A stretch of 43,985 nt of DNA from Verrucomicrobiota bacterium (GTDB lineage Bacteria > Verrucomicrobiota > Verrucomicrobiia > Limisphaerales > JADLHS01): the NCBI GenBank assembly GCA_035327385.1, contig DAOLDN010000001.1, positions 1 through 43,985 on the forward strand. The letters are read 5' to 3'. The notes under the pieces are model-generated. The model ran no database searches and had not been told where the DNA came from. It saw only the letters and a list, made by a program, of their open reading frames with translations. A program made the translations under genes and the position numbers. Shown here in pieces: positions 24,483 through 32,139 of this stretch (positions are counted from its first letter, which is position 1; the number at the start of each line of letters is the position of its first letter).

Positions 24483-25939
24483 ACCTTTCATTGATGTCAT
24501 TGGAAATCGGGGTGGTGCTGCTGGGCATTGTTGTGCTCATGGCGGATTTGTGGCTGCCGGCGGAGCGCAAGCGCCTGCTCGGATATGGAGCAGCGGTGGT
24601 GCTCGCGCTGCTGTTTGTGAACTCCTTCACCAGCCATTGCAGTTGTGCTCTCAATGGCGAGGCTTTCGGCGGGATGTTCGTGCAGGACGAATTGTCGGTG
24701 TTTTTCAAACGATTCTTCCTGCTGGCGGCGGCGCTCGTGCTGGTGGTGGCGGTGGAATTCTCCGATCGCATCGCCGCAGGCATCTCGGAATATTATTCGC
24801 TCATCATCTTTGCGCTGGCAGGGATGTTGTTCGCCGCGTCTGCAAACGACTTTGCCCTGCTGTTCGTCTCCATCGAACTCATCACGATCACATTCTACGT
24901 GCTGACCAGTTTCACCAGGGCCAAGGTGGCGTCGCTCGAATCCGGTGTGAAATACCTGATCCTCGGCGCGCTGTCGTCGGCCTTCATGGTTTATGGAATC
25001 GCGCTGGTCTGGGGCACGACCGGCGCGTTCAACTTCAGCGAACTGGCGATGGTCAACGCTGACTTCATCGGTAACAGAATCTTCCTGTTCGGCGTGTTGT
25101 TCGTCCTCGTCGGACTCGGATTCAAGATCGCCGCGTTCCCGTTTCAGATCTGGACGCCGGACGTTTATCAAGGAGCGCCCACGCCATCGACGGCGTTTCT
25201 GGCCGTCGGCTCGAAAGCGGCGGGTGTGGTGCTGCTGTTGCGATTCCTGTTCGCGGCGATTCCTGAAGTGACCGCCCAATGGGTGAATCTGTTGATCGTG
25301 ATTTCAGCGGTGACAATCCTTTACGGCAACCTGTGTGCCATTCCACAGCGCAACCTCAAGCGGCTGCTGGGTTATTCGAGCATCGCGCACGCGGGCTACC
25401 TGCTGCTGGGTGTCGCCGCGATGGCGGGGTCAGCATCCGCGGACGGCGGATCGGCGGTGCTGTATTATCTGGCCGGGTATTTGTTCACGACGCTGGCGGC
25501 GTTTGGAGTGATCGCTCTGGTGATGCGCAAGCTCGACAGCGAGGACATCTCCGGGCTGGCTGGATTGAACCAACGTTCGCCGTTGCTGGCCACCACGATG
25601 ACGCTGGCGATGGTTTCGCTGGCGGGAATTCCACCCTTGGCTGGATTCTTCGGAAAATTTCTGCTGCTCAAAGCCGTCATCGAGCAGGGAGGGTCGAATC
25701 CCGGCTATTACTGTCTGGCGTTCACGGCGTTGGTGGGTGTGGTCATCTCGCTTTACTACTACTTTGGCGTGATCCGCGCCATTTACTGGAGCAAGGACGT
25801 GCCGGACAATTCGCCCATCGCCATCACCCGGCCGATGAAGCTTGCGATGGCCGTGTGCATCGGCGGGATGTTCTGGCTGGGGCTGTTTCCGGGGTCGGTG
25901 CTGGCCCTGGCGGATTCGGCGGCGACTCTTTTACAATAA
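24479..25939 (+). CDS. nuoN: NADH-quinone oxidoreductase subunit N
   Basis: Start trimmed to MNLSLMSLEIGVVLLGIVVL. ND2-like protein with FPFQIWTPDVYQGAPTP. Confidence 0.92.
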   Translation: MNLSLMSLEIGVVLLGIVVLMADLWLPAERKRLLGYGAAVVLALLFVNSFTSHCSCALNGEAFGGMFVQDELSVFFKRFFLLAAALVLVVAVEFSDRIAAGISEYYSLIIFALAGMLFAASANDFALLFVSIELITITFYVLTSFTRAKVASLESGVKYLILGALSSAFMVYGIALVWGTTGAFNFSELAMVNADFIGNRIFLFGVLFVLVGLGFKIAAFPFQIWTPDVYQGAPTPSTAFLAVGSKAAGVVLLLRFLFAAIPEVTAQWVNLLIVISAVTILYGNLCAIPQRNLKRLLGYSSIAHAGYLLLGVAAMAGSASADGGSAVLYYLAGYLFTTLAAFGVIALVMRKLDSEDISGLAGLNQRSPLLATTMTLAMVSLAGIPPLAGFFGKFLLLKAVIEQGGSNPGYYCLAFTALVGVVISLYYYFGVIRAIYWSKDVPDNSPIAITRPMKLAMAVCIGGMFWLGLFPGSVLALADSAATLLQ

Positions 25940-26075
25940 CAGGGTCTCCGGCATCAGCGCCGCGACGGTTTTCCTGGAGACGAAAACCCGGTTTTAGGGC
26001 GAACGGAAAGCCTTGAAACAGATGTTGACTTGCCCTGCCTGTCTGATAGTGTCTGCGCCCTTTGATTGGAAGAAA

Positions 26076-26510
26076 ATGAAAACGCATTTGCCTAAAGTGA
26101 ATTTGGACGAGCGCAAGTGGCACGTGATTGATGCCGACGGCGCAGTTTTGGGCCGTCTGGCCGTGCAGGTTGCCGATATTTTGCGCGGCAAGGACAAGCC
26201 CGTCTATACGCCCCACCTCGACGCCGGCGACTTTGTCGTCGTTATCAATGCCGAAAAAGTGCGCGTCACCGGCAAGAAGGAAACCGCCAAGGAATACATG
26301 ACCTATTCCGGCTGGAAAGGCGGCGAAAAATACACCACCGTCGCCCAGTTGCGCGACAAGCAGCCCGAAAAGCTCATCCATCGCGCCGTCAAGGGAATGA
26401 TCCCCAAGAACCGCCTCGGCGACCGCCTGCTCACCAAGCTCAAGGTCTATAAAGGCCCGAACCATCCGCACACCGCGCAGCAGCCGGATGCAGTCAAGGC
26501 GGCCAACTAG
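26076..26510 (+). CDS. rplM: 50S ribosomal protein L13
   Basis: Start trimmed to MKTHLPKVNLDERKWHVIDADGAVLGRLA. Also KGMIPKNRLG. Confidence 0.93.
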   Translation: MKTHLPKVNLDERKWHVIDADGAVLGRLAVQVADILRGKDKPVYTPHLDAGDFVVVINAEKVRVTGKKETAKEYMTYSGWKGGEKYTTVAQLRDKQPEKLIHRAVKGMIPKNRLGDRLLTKLKVYKGPNHPHTAQQPDAVKAAN

Positions 26511-26537
26511 TCTTTCAACTCTCAACCTCACCGCTAA

Positions 26538-26939
26538 ATGGCTGACTCCAAAACATCCGAATTCCTCGGCACGGGCCGTCGCAAGACCTCCGTCGCCCGC
26601 GTTCGACTGGCTACCGGCAACGGCAAGATCGTCGTGAACGGACGCGCGTTTGAAACCTATTTCCCGCTCGAGACACTGCGCTCGACCGTTTCCCAGCCGC
26701 TGACCGTCACCGGCACGGCGGACAAACTGGACGTGAAGGTCAATGTCACCGGCGGCGGCCCCAACGGCCAGGCCGGTGCGGTCCGTCACGGCATCGCCCG
26801 CGCGTTGCTGGAGTTCGACGCCAACCTGCGTCCTGCCCTCAAGGCCGAGGGTCTTCTGACCCGCGACCCTCGCATGCGCGAGCGCAAGAAGTATGGCCAG
26901 CCGGGTGCGCGCAAGCGCTTCCAGTTCAGCAAGCGCTAA
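26538..26939 (+). CDS. rpsI: 30S ribosomal protein S9
   Basis: [14 protein letters not shown]...[19 protein letters not shown]...[20 protein letters not shown]. Confidence 0.95.
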   Translation: MADSKTSEFLGTGRRKTSVARVRLATGNGKIVVNGRAFETYFPLETLRSTVSQPLTVTGTADKLDVKVNVTGGGPNGQAGAVRHGIARALLEFDANLRPALKAEGLLTRDPRMRERKKYGQPGARKRFQFSKR

Positions 26940-26960
26940 TCTGCTGCAACTTTTTCAAAA

Positions 26961-26990
26961 CCCCGCTGGCGAAAGTCGGCGGGGTTTTTT
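26961..26990 (+). terminator. rho-independent terminator of rplM-rpsI
   Basis: 10-bp stem CCCCGCTGGC / GTCGGCGGGG (two G-U pairs) with a GAAA tetraloop, followed by T6. Confidence 0.9.
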
Positions 26991-27051
26991 GTTGCTTCGA
27001 GCATATGTTCGTCAGGCTTGCCTGGCGACGGGATGCAATTAACCTGCCGCC

Positions 27052-27312
27052 ATGCCTGAATTGAGCCGCTTCTATGGCATCATTATCCGCATGTTCTACG
27101 GCGACCACGCGCCGCCGCATTTTCACGCCGTCTATCAGTGAGAACAGGTTCAGATCAACATCGAAACCCTTGCGGTCATGAATGGTTCGATGCGGCGGCG
27201 GGCGCTGATGCTGGTGCTGGAATGGGCCGCGTTGCACCAGGACGAACTCCATCAGGCCTGGGAGCAGGCCAGTCACAATCAAGAGCCTTCCAAAATCCAG
27301 CCTTTGGACTAA
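27052..27312 (+). pseudogene. DUF4160 family gene interrupted by one in-frame TGA
   Basis: MPELSRFYGIIIRMFYGDHAPPHFHAVYQ, then TGA (27139-27141), then EQVQINIETLAVMNGSMRRRALMLVLEWAALHQDELHQAWEQA... in the same frame to TAA 27310-27312. The typical DUF4160 layout continues across the stop. Confidence 0.7.
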
Positions 27313-27321
27313 AGTAAACGC

Positions 27322-27621
27322 ATGGTTCGGATTGAAACAGCCCAACCGCTGGCAGGCCATCGTTTGAAGGTACGCTTCGACGACGGATTGGAGGGTGTTT
27401 ACGCTGTTGAACCTGAACGACGCGGCGGAGTCTTCCTCAAATTGCTGGACGCAAAAGTCTTCAACGCAGTCACCGTCAATCCTGACTTCGGCTGTGTGGA
27501 ATGGCCCGGCGGCATTGACCTTTGCCCGGACACGATGCATCAGGCCATGACCGGTTCGGCAGTGGATGTGGAACAATCCACGCCGACGGCACTGCGCGAA
27601 GACGCAGAAAAGAAACAGTAA
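27322..27621 (+). CDS. DUF2442 family protein
   Basis: 99 aa. L.V.F.DG....V......FL.LLD..VF..V.V......V.WP.GIDLCPD pattern. DUF2442 is the usual partner of DUF4160. Confidence 0.8.
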   Translation: MVRIETAQPLAGHRLKVRFDDGLEGVYAVEPERRGGVFLKLLDAKVFNAVTVNPDFGCVEWPGGIDLCPDTMHQAMTGSAVDVEQSTPTALREDAEKKQ

Positions 27622-27741
27622 AAGATGCTGGAGAACCGGAGAACGGTTGAAACGCCCGTCCTCACCTCGTTTCCGGCGGTGCAATTGAACATCCCGCCAA
27701 TCCCGTTGCTGATGTTTCCAAAGACGCGGCGCACGTGAAAG

Positions 27742-27914
27742 CCCTCTCCGTGGGGAGAAGGTTTGGGTGAGGGAGGTCGTCAAAACATTCTTCGACGCAA
27801 CGGCGCAAAGGTAGGGCGCGCCAGCCTCTGCGCGCCGGGCGTTCGCAGACCAAAGACGGCGCGCACGGCTTGTCTCGCCGGAGCGGGCAGAGGCGGAAGT
27901 GACGCGCCCTGCCA
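27742..27914. repeat. non-coding repeat cluster (family E half-copy plus a ~105-nt GC-rich palindrome)
   Basis: CCCTCTCCGTGGGGAGAAGGTTTGGGTGAGGGAGG at 27742-27776. The palindrome 27809-27914 has arms GTAGGGCGCGCCAGCCTCTGC... / ...GCAGAGGCGGAAGTGACGCGCCCTGCC. Confidence 0.6.
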
Positions 27915-28052
27915 AAATGGCGTGGCGGCGATCCGGCAGAGAGCCGGCGTTTTGGGTTCAGTCAGCACGGTCTGCCGACGCGCCGCTACGGCGCGGGGAA
28001 AGCCGGAAAACGACCGCTTGCGTCCCGCACAATTTCACGGATAATTCGTTAC

Positions 28053-28238
28053 ATGAGCGCACAGGAAATCTTGATCGAAGAAATCAAGCATCAGCCCGAA
28101 TCCGTGGCGCGCGAAGTCCTGCGTTATCTCAAACTCCTCGAACGCCAGCGCCAGACGGAAGCGCCGATGGACAACCTCGTCGCGGACACCTGGGAAAAAC
28201 TGGGGCCGCCGCCGGAAGTGGACTATGACAAGCTTTAA
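28053..28238 (+). CDS. putative antitoxin of the MazF/PemK-like toxin
   Basis: 61 aa and acidic. It overlaps the downstream toxin gene by 14 nt. Confidence 0.55.
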   Translation: MSAQEILIEEIKHQPESVAREVLRYLKLLERQRQTEAPMDNLVADTWEKLGPPPEVDYDKL

Positions 28239-28545
28239 TCGCGGCGACGTCGTCGTGGTGGATTTGGGCATGGCAGCCAAGGTGCGACCCTGTGTGGTGG
28301 TTTCTGTTCCCCAACCCGACCGTCAACGCAACATGTCCGTAGTTGTGCCGATGACGACGGAAATTCGCGGCGGTGAATGTGAAATCCGCTTTCCCAAGCC
28401 CGCCTGGCTCCGACAGGAATCCGTCGTGAACGTGCTGGGGATTGCAGGAGTGGACAACGCGAAAATCGAGCGGCGCATCGCCGCCTTTCTCGCCGACAAG
28501 TTGAAGGAGATTGAATCCGTGTTGAAACGAGTGTTTGGCTTGTGA
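28225..28545 (+). CDS. MazF/PemK-family toxin
   Basis: FNRGDVVVVDLGMAAKVRPCVVVS...VVPMTT is the typical PemK/MazF N-terminal beta-barrel motif. Confidence 0.75.
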   Translation: MTSFNRGDVVVVDLGMAAKVRPCVVVSVPQPDRQRNMSVVVPMTTEIRGGECEIRFPKPAWLRQESVVNVLGIAGVDNAKIERRIAAFLADKLKEIESVLKRVFGL

Positions 28546-28556
28546 ATCGCCGGATG

Positions 28557-28658
28557 AAAAGCGGCGGTGAACGCACCGCAGTCCAGACGCTTCGCGCGGT
28601 TCGAGGACACCCGGCAATCGCGAGCGTTTGGAGTGCGCGTGGCTTTAGCACCGCTTTT
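28557..28658. repeat. family D REP-like palindrome, copy 1
   Basis: AAAAGCGGCGGTGAACGCACCGCAGTCCAGACGCTTCGCG ... CGCGAGCGTTTGGAGTGCGCGTGGCTTTAGCACCGCTTTT. The arms are near-complementary. Confidence 0.8.
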
Positions 28659-28677
28659 CCATGAAACCTCCATCCCC

Positions 28678-28780
28678 AAAGCGGCGATAAATCAGCCGCA
28701 CTCCAAACGCTTCACGACCGCCGAACACCACAGAACAGCGCGGAGCGTCTGGAGTGCGGACGGCTTCAGCGCCGCTTTTT
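28678..28780. repeat. family D REP-like palindrome, copy 2
   Basis: AAAGCGGCGATAAATCAGCCGCACTCCAAACGCTTCACG ... CGCGGAGCGTCTGGAGTGCGGACGGCTTCAGCGCCGCTTTTT. Confidence 0.8.
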
Positions 28781-29024
28781 GAGCCGACCGTCCGCTGCGC
28801 GGCTTCAGTGGTTCAAAGCGCGAATTGAGATTCGGCGATTCTCTCCCCGTTCGAGGCGGAGAGGGAGAATCTCGGTCAGTCTCTTTGCGATCTGTGCGTT
28901 CTTTTGTGGCTGATCGTCGTCTGGAGGCGGCGCTGCTGATCATTGGAGGAACTCGCGGACGAGCCGTCCGCGCTCCTTGCAAATTTTCGTGTAGTTCGTG
29001 TGTTTCGTGGTTAGAGTTTCCCGG

Positions 29025-30086
29025 ATGAAAACGAAGAAAGTGGCGATTGTCGGGGCATCCGGATATTCCGGCGAGGAACTGGTGCGCCTGCTGTTGAATC
29101 ATCCGCAGGCGGAACTGGTGGCGGTCACTTCGCGCCAGAGCGCCGGCCAGACGCTGGGCCAGGTGTTTCCCAAGTTCGCAAGCCATCCCAGGGCGAAGTC
29201 GCTGCGTTTCAGCGAGCCGAACTCCGAGGTGCTGGCCAAGCAGGCGGACATCGTTTTCCTCGCGCTGCCTCACGGTGTGGCCGCCGAATACGCCGTGCCG
29301 TTGCTGGAAGCGGGCTGCATCGTCATTGATTTGAGCGCCGATTTCCGGCTCAAGAGCGCGGACATCTACAAGGAATTCTACGCGCACGATCATCCCGCGC
29401 CGGACCTGCTGGCAAAATCCGTTTATGGTCTGCCGGAAATCCACCGCGACCAGATCAAGAAAGCCACGCTCATCGCGTCGCCCGGGTGTTATCCCACGAG
29501 CATTCTGCTGCCGACGATTCCGTTGTTGAAGGCAGGCATCATCAAGCCGCACGGGATCATCGCCGATTCTTTGAGCGGTGTCAGCGGCGCGGGTCGCAAG
29601 GCGGAGGTGGATTATCTGTTCTGCGAGTGCAACGAAAGCGTCCGGCCCTACGGCATTCCCAAGCACCGGCATTTGTCGGAGATCGAGGAGCAACTGTCTC
29701 TGGCCGCAGGAGCGCAGGTGACGGTCCAGTTCACGCCACATTTGATTCCTGTCAATCGAGGTATCCTGACGACGTTGTATCTCGCGCCCGCAAATCATTT
29801 CAGCACACCCGACGAAGTCGCGAAACTCGGCGAACAGATTGCCGCCTGCTATCGGACTGCTTACGCGAACGAACCTTTCGTTCGCTTGCTCGAAGGCAAG
29901 GCGTTTCCCGACACCAAGAACGTCGTTGGCACAAACGTCTGCGAAATCGCGTGGCGACTGGACGCACGCACGGGCCGGCTGATTGTGATGAGCGCCGAGG
30001 ACAATCTGACCAAGGGCGCCAGCGGCCAGGCCGTTCAAAGCATGAACATCCTCTGCGGCTGGCCGGAGACGGCGGGGCTGGTTTGA
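29025..30086 (+). CDS. argC: N-acetyl-gamma-glutamyl-phosphate reductase
   Basis: Start trimmed to MKTKKVAIVGASGYSGEELVRLL. The active-site region is ASPGCYPTS. Confidence 0.93.
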   Translation: MKTKKVAIVGASGYSGEELVRLLLNHPQAELVAVTSRQSAGQTLGQVFPKFASHPRAKSLRFSEPNSEVLAKQADIVFLALPHGVAAEYAVPLLEAGCIVIDLSADFRLKSADIYKEFYAHDHPAPDLLAKSVYGLPEIHRDQIKKATLIASPGCYPTSILLPTIPLLKAGIIKPHGIIADSLSGVSGAGRKAEVDYLFCECNESVRPYGIPKHRHLSEIEEQLSLAAGAQVTVQFTPHLIPVNRGILTTLYLAPANHFSTPDEVAKLGEQIAACYRTAYANEPFVRLLEGKAFPDTKNVVGTNVCEIAWRLDARTGRLIVMSAEDNLTKGASGQAVQSMNILCGWPETAGLV

Positions 30087-30365
30087 AGGAAGAATGCAGA
30101 ATGAAGAATGAAGAAACGGGTGTTCTGTCGCTTGGCGACGGCCTGACAAGGGCTAATTGCCGCGAACGCTCCAAAAGCGGCGGAGGGCCGCCGCAGTCCA
30201 AGACGCTACCGCGTTCAATGAACTCTCGCCCATTCGCGAAGCGTCCCGGAGTGCGCCGGTCCTCTGGCGCTTTTTTCACGCAACTCCACAAGCCTTCCCT
30301 CCACCGCGCAGTCACCAATCACGCTTGTGGTCATTCGTCATTCGTCATTCGTCATTCGTCATTTG
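30087..30365 (+). repeat. composite element: GAATGAA-type heptamer arm / family D copy 3 / (CATTCGT)4 arm
   Basis: Left arm GAAGAATGCAGAATGAAGAATGAAGAA (30087-30115). Family D palindrome at 30173-30276. Right arm (CATTCGT)x4 at 30331-30364. A 92-codon ORF 30101-30379 ends in a TGA that overlaps GTG 30376. Confidence 0.75.
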
Positions 30366-30375
30366 GACTCCTCCC

Positions 30376-31269
30376 GTGACCGCTTCAGAAAAGTCTCACG
30401 CCCGGTGGAATGCGGCAGACTACGCCGCCAATTCCGCCGTGCAACAATCCTGGGCGCGTGAATTGATTGCGCGACTCAAGTTGCGCGGTGTTGAACACGT
30501 GCTGGATGTCGGTTGTGGCGATGGAAAGGTGACTGCGGAACTGGCGTGCGCCGTTCCACGGGGACGGGTCGTGGGTGTGGATGCTTCCGAAGAAATGATC
30601 CAGTTCGCGCGCAAAACATTTCCGCCGACAACGCATCCGAATCTCGAATTCCAGGTTTGCGACGCCCGAAAACTCGGCATCGAATTGGAGCGCCGGTCTC
30701 CGACCCGGCGGGTCGTGGGCAGTGCGGAGCATCACGCCGGGTCGGAGACCAGCGCTCCGTTCGATTTGGTTTTTTCCAACGCAGCCCTGCATTGGGTTGA
30801 CGATCACAAGGCATTTCTCAGCAGCGCGGCAACGGCACTCAAAACGGGCGGACGACTTGTCGTTTCGTGCGGTGGCAAGGGAAACGCGCACGACGTGTTT
30901 CTCGCGTTGCGTCCGGAGATGCGGCTCGCGCGGTGGCGAACATTTTTTCGTGCGATGCCCAAGCCCTATTTCTTTTATTCGTCGCAGGATTACGAGCGCT
31001 GGCTTCCGCGCTACGGTTTTCAATCGTGCCGCGTGGAGCTCGCGCCCAAGGATGCCGTGTATGACGGAGCAGACGGTTTTGCCACCTGGCTGCGAACAAC
31101 GTGGCTGCCTTACGTGCAGCGTGTGCCGGAAGAATTGCGCGAGGATTTCATCAGCGCCGTTACAAAGCGCTATCTGGCAAAACATCCGCCGGATGCGAAC
31201 GGCGGCGTCCACGTGCGCATGGTGCGACTGGAAATCGAGGCCGTGAAAGCCGGAGCTATTGAAAAATGA
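30376..31269 (+). CDS. class I SAM-dependent methyltransferase (trans-aconitate methyltransferase-like)
   Basis: GTG start. Matching stretches are WNAADYAANSAVQQSWAREL, VLDVGCGDGKVT and DLVFSNAALHW. It carries a 72-nt palindromic insert in frame. Confidence 0.8.
   Translation: MTASEKSHARWNAADYAANSAVQQSWARELIARLKLRGVEHVLDVGCGDGKVTAELACAVPRGRVVGVDASEEMIQFARKTFPPTTHPNLEFQVCDARKLGIELERRSPTRRVVGSAEHHAGSETSAPFDLVFSNAALHWVDDHKAFLSSAATALKTGGRLVVSCGGKGNAHDVFLALRPEMRLARWRTFFRAMPKPYFFYSSQDYERWLPRYGFQSCRVELAPKDAVYDGADGFATWLRTTWLPYVQRVPEELREDFISAVTKRYLAKHPPDANGGVHVRMVRLEIEAVKAGAIEK
30687..30758 (+). repeat. family F 72-nt palindrome inside the methyltransferase CDS
   Basis: GGAGCGCCGGTCTCCGACCCGGCG + 24-nt loop + CGCCGGGTCGGAGACCAGCGCTCC (arms 23/24 complementary). 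72 nt equals exactly 24 codons. Confidence 0.85.
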
Positions 31270-32048
31270 AACTGCCGTACTATCACGTTGATGCATTTGC
31301 GTCACAGCCATTCCAAGGAAACCCAGCAGGCGTTTGCCTACTGGAGCATTGGTTGAGTGATGCGACGATGCAAAGCATCGCCGCTGAAAACAATCTCTCG
31401 GAAACCGCGTTCTTCGTTCCACACGGTGACGATTACGAGCTGCGCTGGTTCTCACCGGCAATCGAAATTGATTTGTGCGGCCATGCGACGCTGGCATCGG
31501 CGTTCATTCTGTTTTCTGAGCTGGGTTTTCGCGGTAACTCTGTCCGGTTTCATACGCGCAGCGGCGTTTTGTCTGTGACTCGCAAGAACGATGTCCTGAC
31601 GCTCGACTTTCCGTCGCGCCCACCCGCGCCCTGCATTGTGCCGGAAGCGTTGGTTCTCGGATTGGGAAGGAAACCGGTTGAAGTGCTCAAAGCCCGCGAC
31701 TATTTCGCGATCTACCCTGCTGAAGACGACGTGAAATCGTTGCAGCCTGACTTCGCGGAACTGGGGACACTCGATGCCAAAGTCATTGTCACCGCGCCTG
31801 GCACGAGCTGCGATTTCGTGTCGCGCTTTTTCGCACCGACAGCTGGAGTTCCAGAAGACCCGGTCACTGGCTCGGCGCATTGCACGTTGATTCCCTACTG
31901 GTCGCAACGACTGGGCAGGAACAAATTGCAGGCGCGGCAGGTTTCGAGACGCGGCGGCGAATTGATTTGTGAACTCGCAGGGGAACGGGTGTTGATCGGT
32001 GGTCGCGCAACGCTTTACATGCGCGGAGAGATTCAACTGCCCGATTAG
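31266..32048 (+). CDS. PhzF-family isomerase
   Basis: ATGA overlap with the methyltransferase gene. Matching stretches are YYHVDAFASQPFQGNPAGVCLL, ETAFF, CGHATLA and DPVTGSAHCTL. Confidence 0.85.
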   Translation: MKLPYYHVDAFASQPFQGNPAGVCLLEHWLSDATMQSIAAENNLSETAFFVPHGDDYELRWFSPAIEIDLCGHATLASAFILFSELGFRGNSVRFHTRSGVLSVTRKNDVLTLDFPSRPPAPCIVPEALVLGLGRKPVEVLKARDYFAIYPAEDDVKSLQPDFAELGTLDAKVIVTAPGTSCDFVSRFFAPTAGVPEDPVTGSAHCTLIPYWSQRLGRNKLQARQVSRRGGELICELAGERVLIGGRATLYMRGEIQLPD

Positions 32049-32139
32049 CGCACGGCATTGCGGCCCAAACTGTAAAAAAGGGTCGGATTTGGAGTCTGAT
32101 TCGAATACCTTCATGCCAGCTCGAATGAGCGTTCAGAAT

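Noticed and set aside
26015-26042. Promoter for rplM-rpsI (TTGACT 26015-26020, TAGTGT 26037-26042, 16-nt spacing).
   Set aside because: The -10 matches only 3/6 of the consensus and the sigma-factor consensus of this lineage is unknown. Too weak to report as a feature.
27139-27141. TGA recoding (Gly in genetic code 25, or selenocysteine) to explain the interrupted DUF4160 gene.
   Set aside because: TGA clearly terminates many well-defined genes here (nuoD, nuoE, nuoF, nuoG, nuoI, nuoK, nuoL, nuoM, argC, argJ, argB). No SECIS-like hairpin is evident directly downstream. A nonsense mutation or leaky read-through is simpler.
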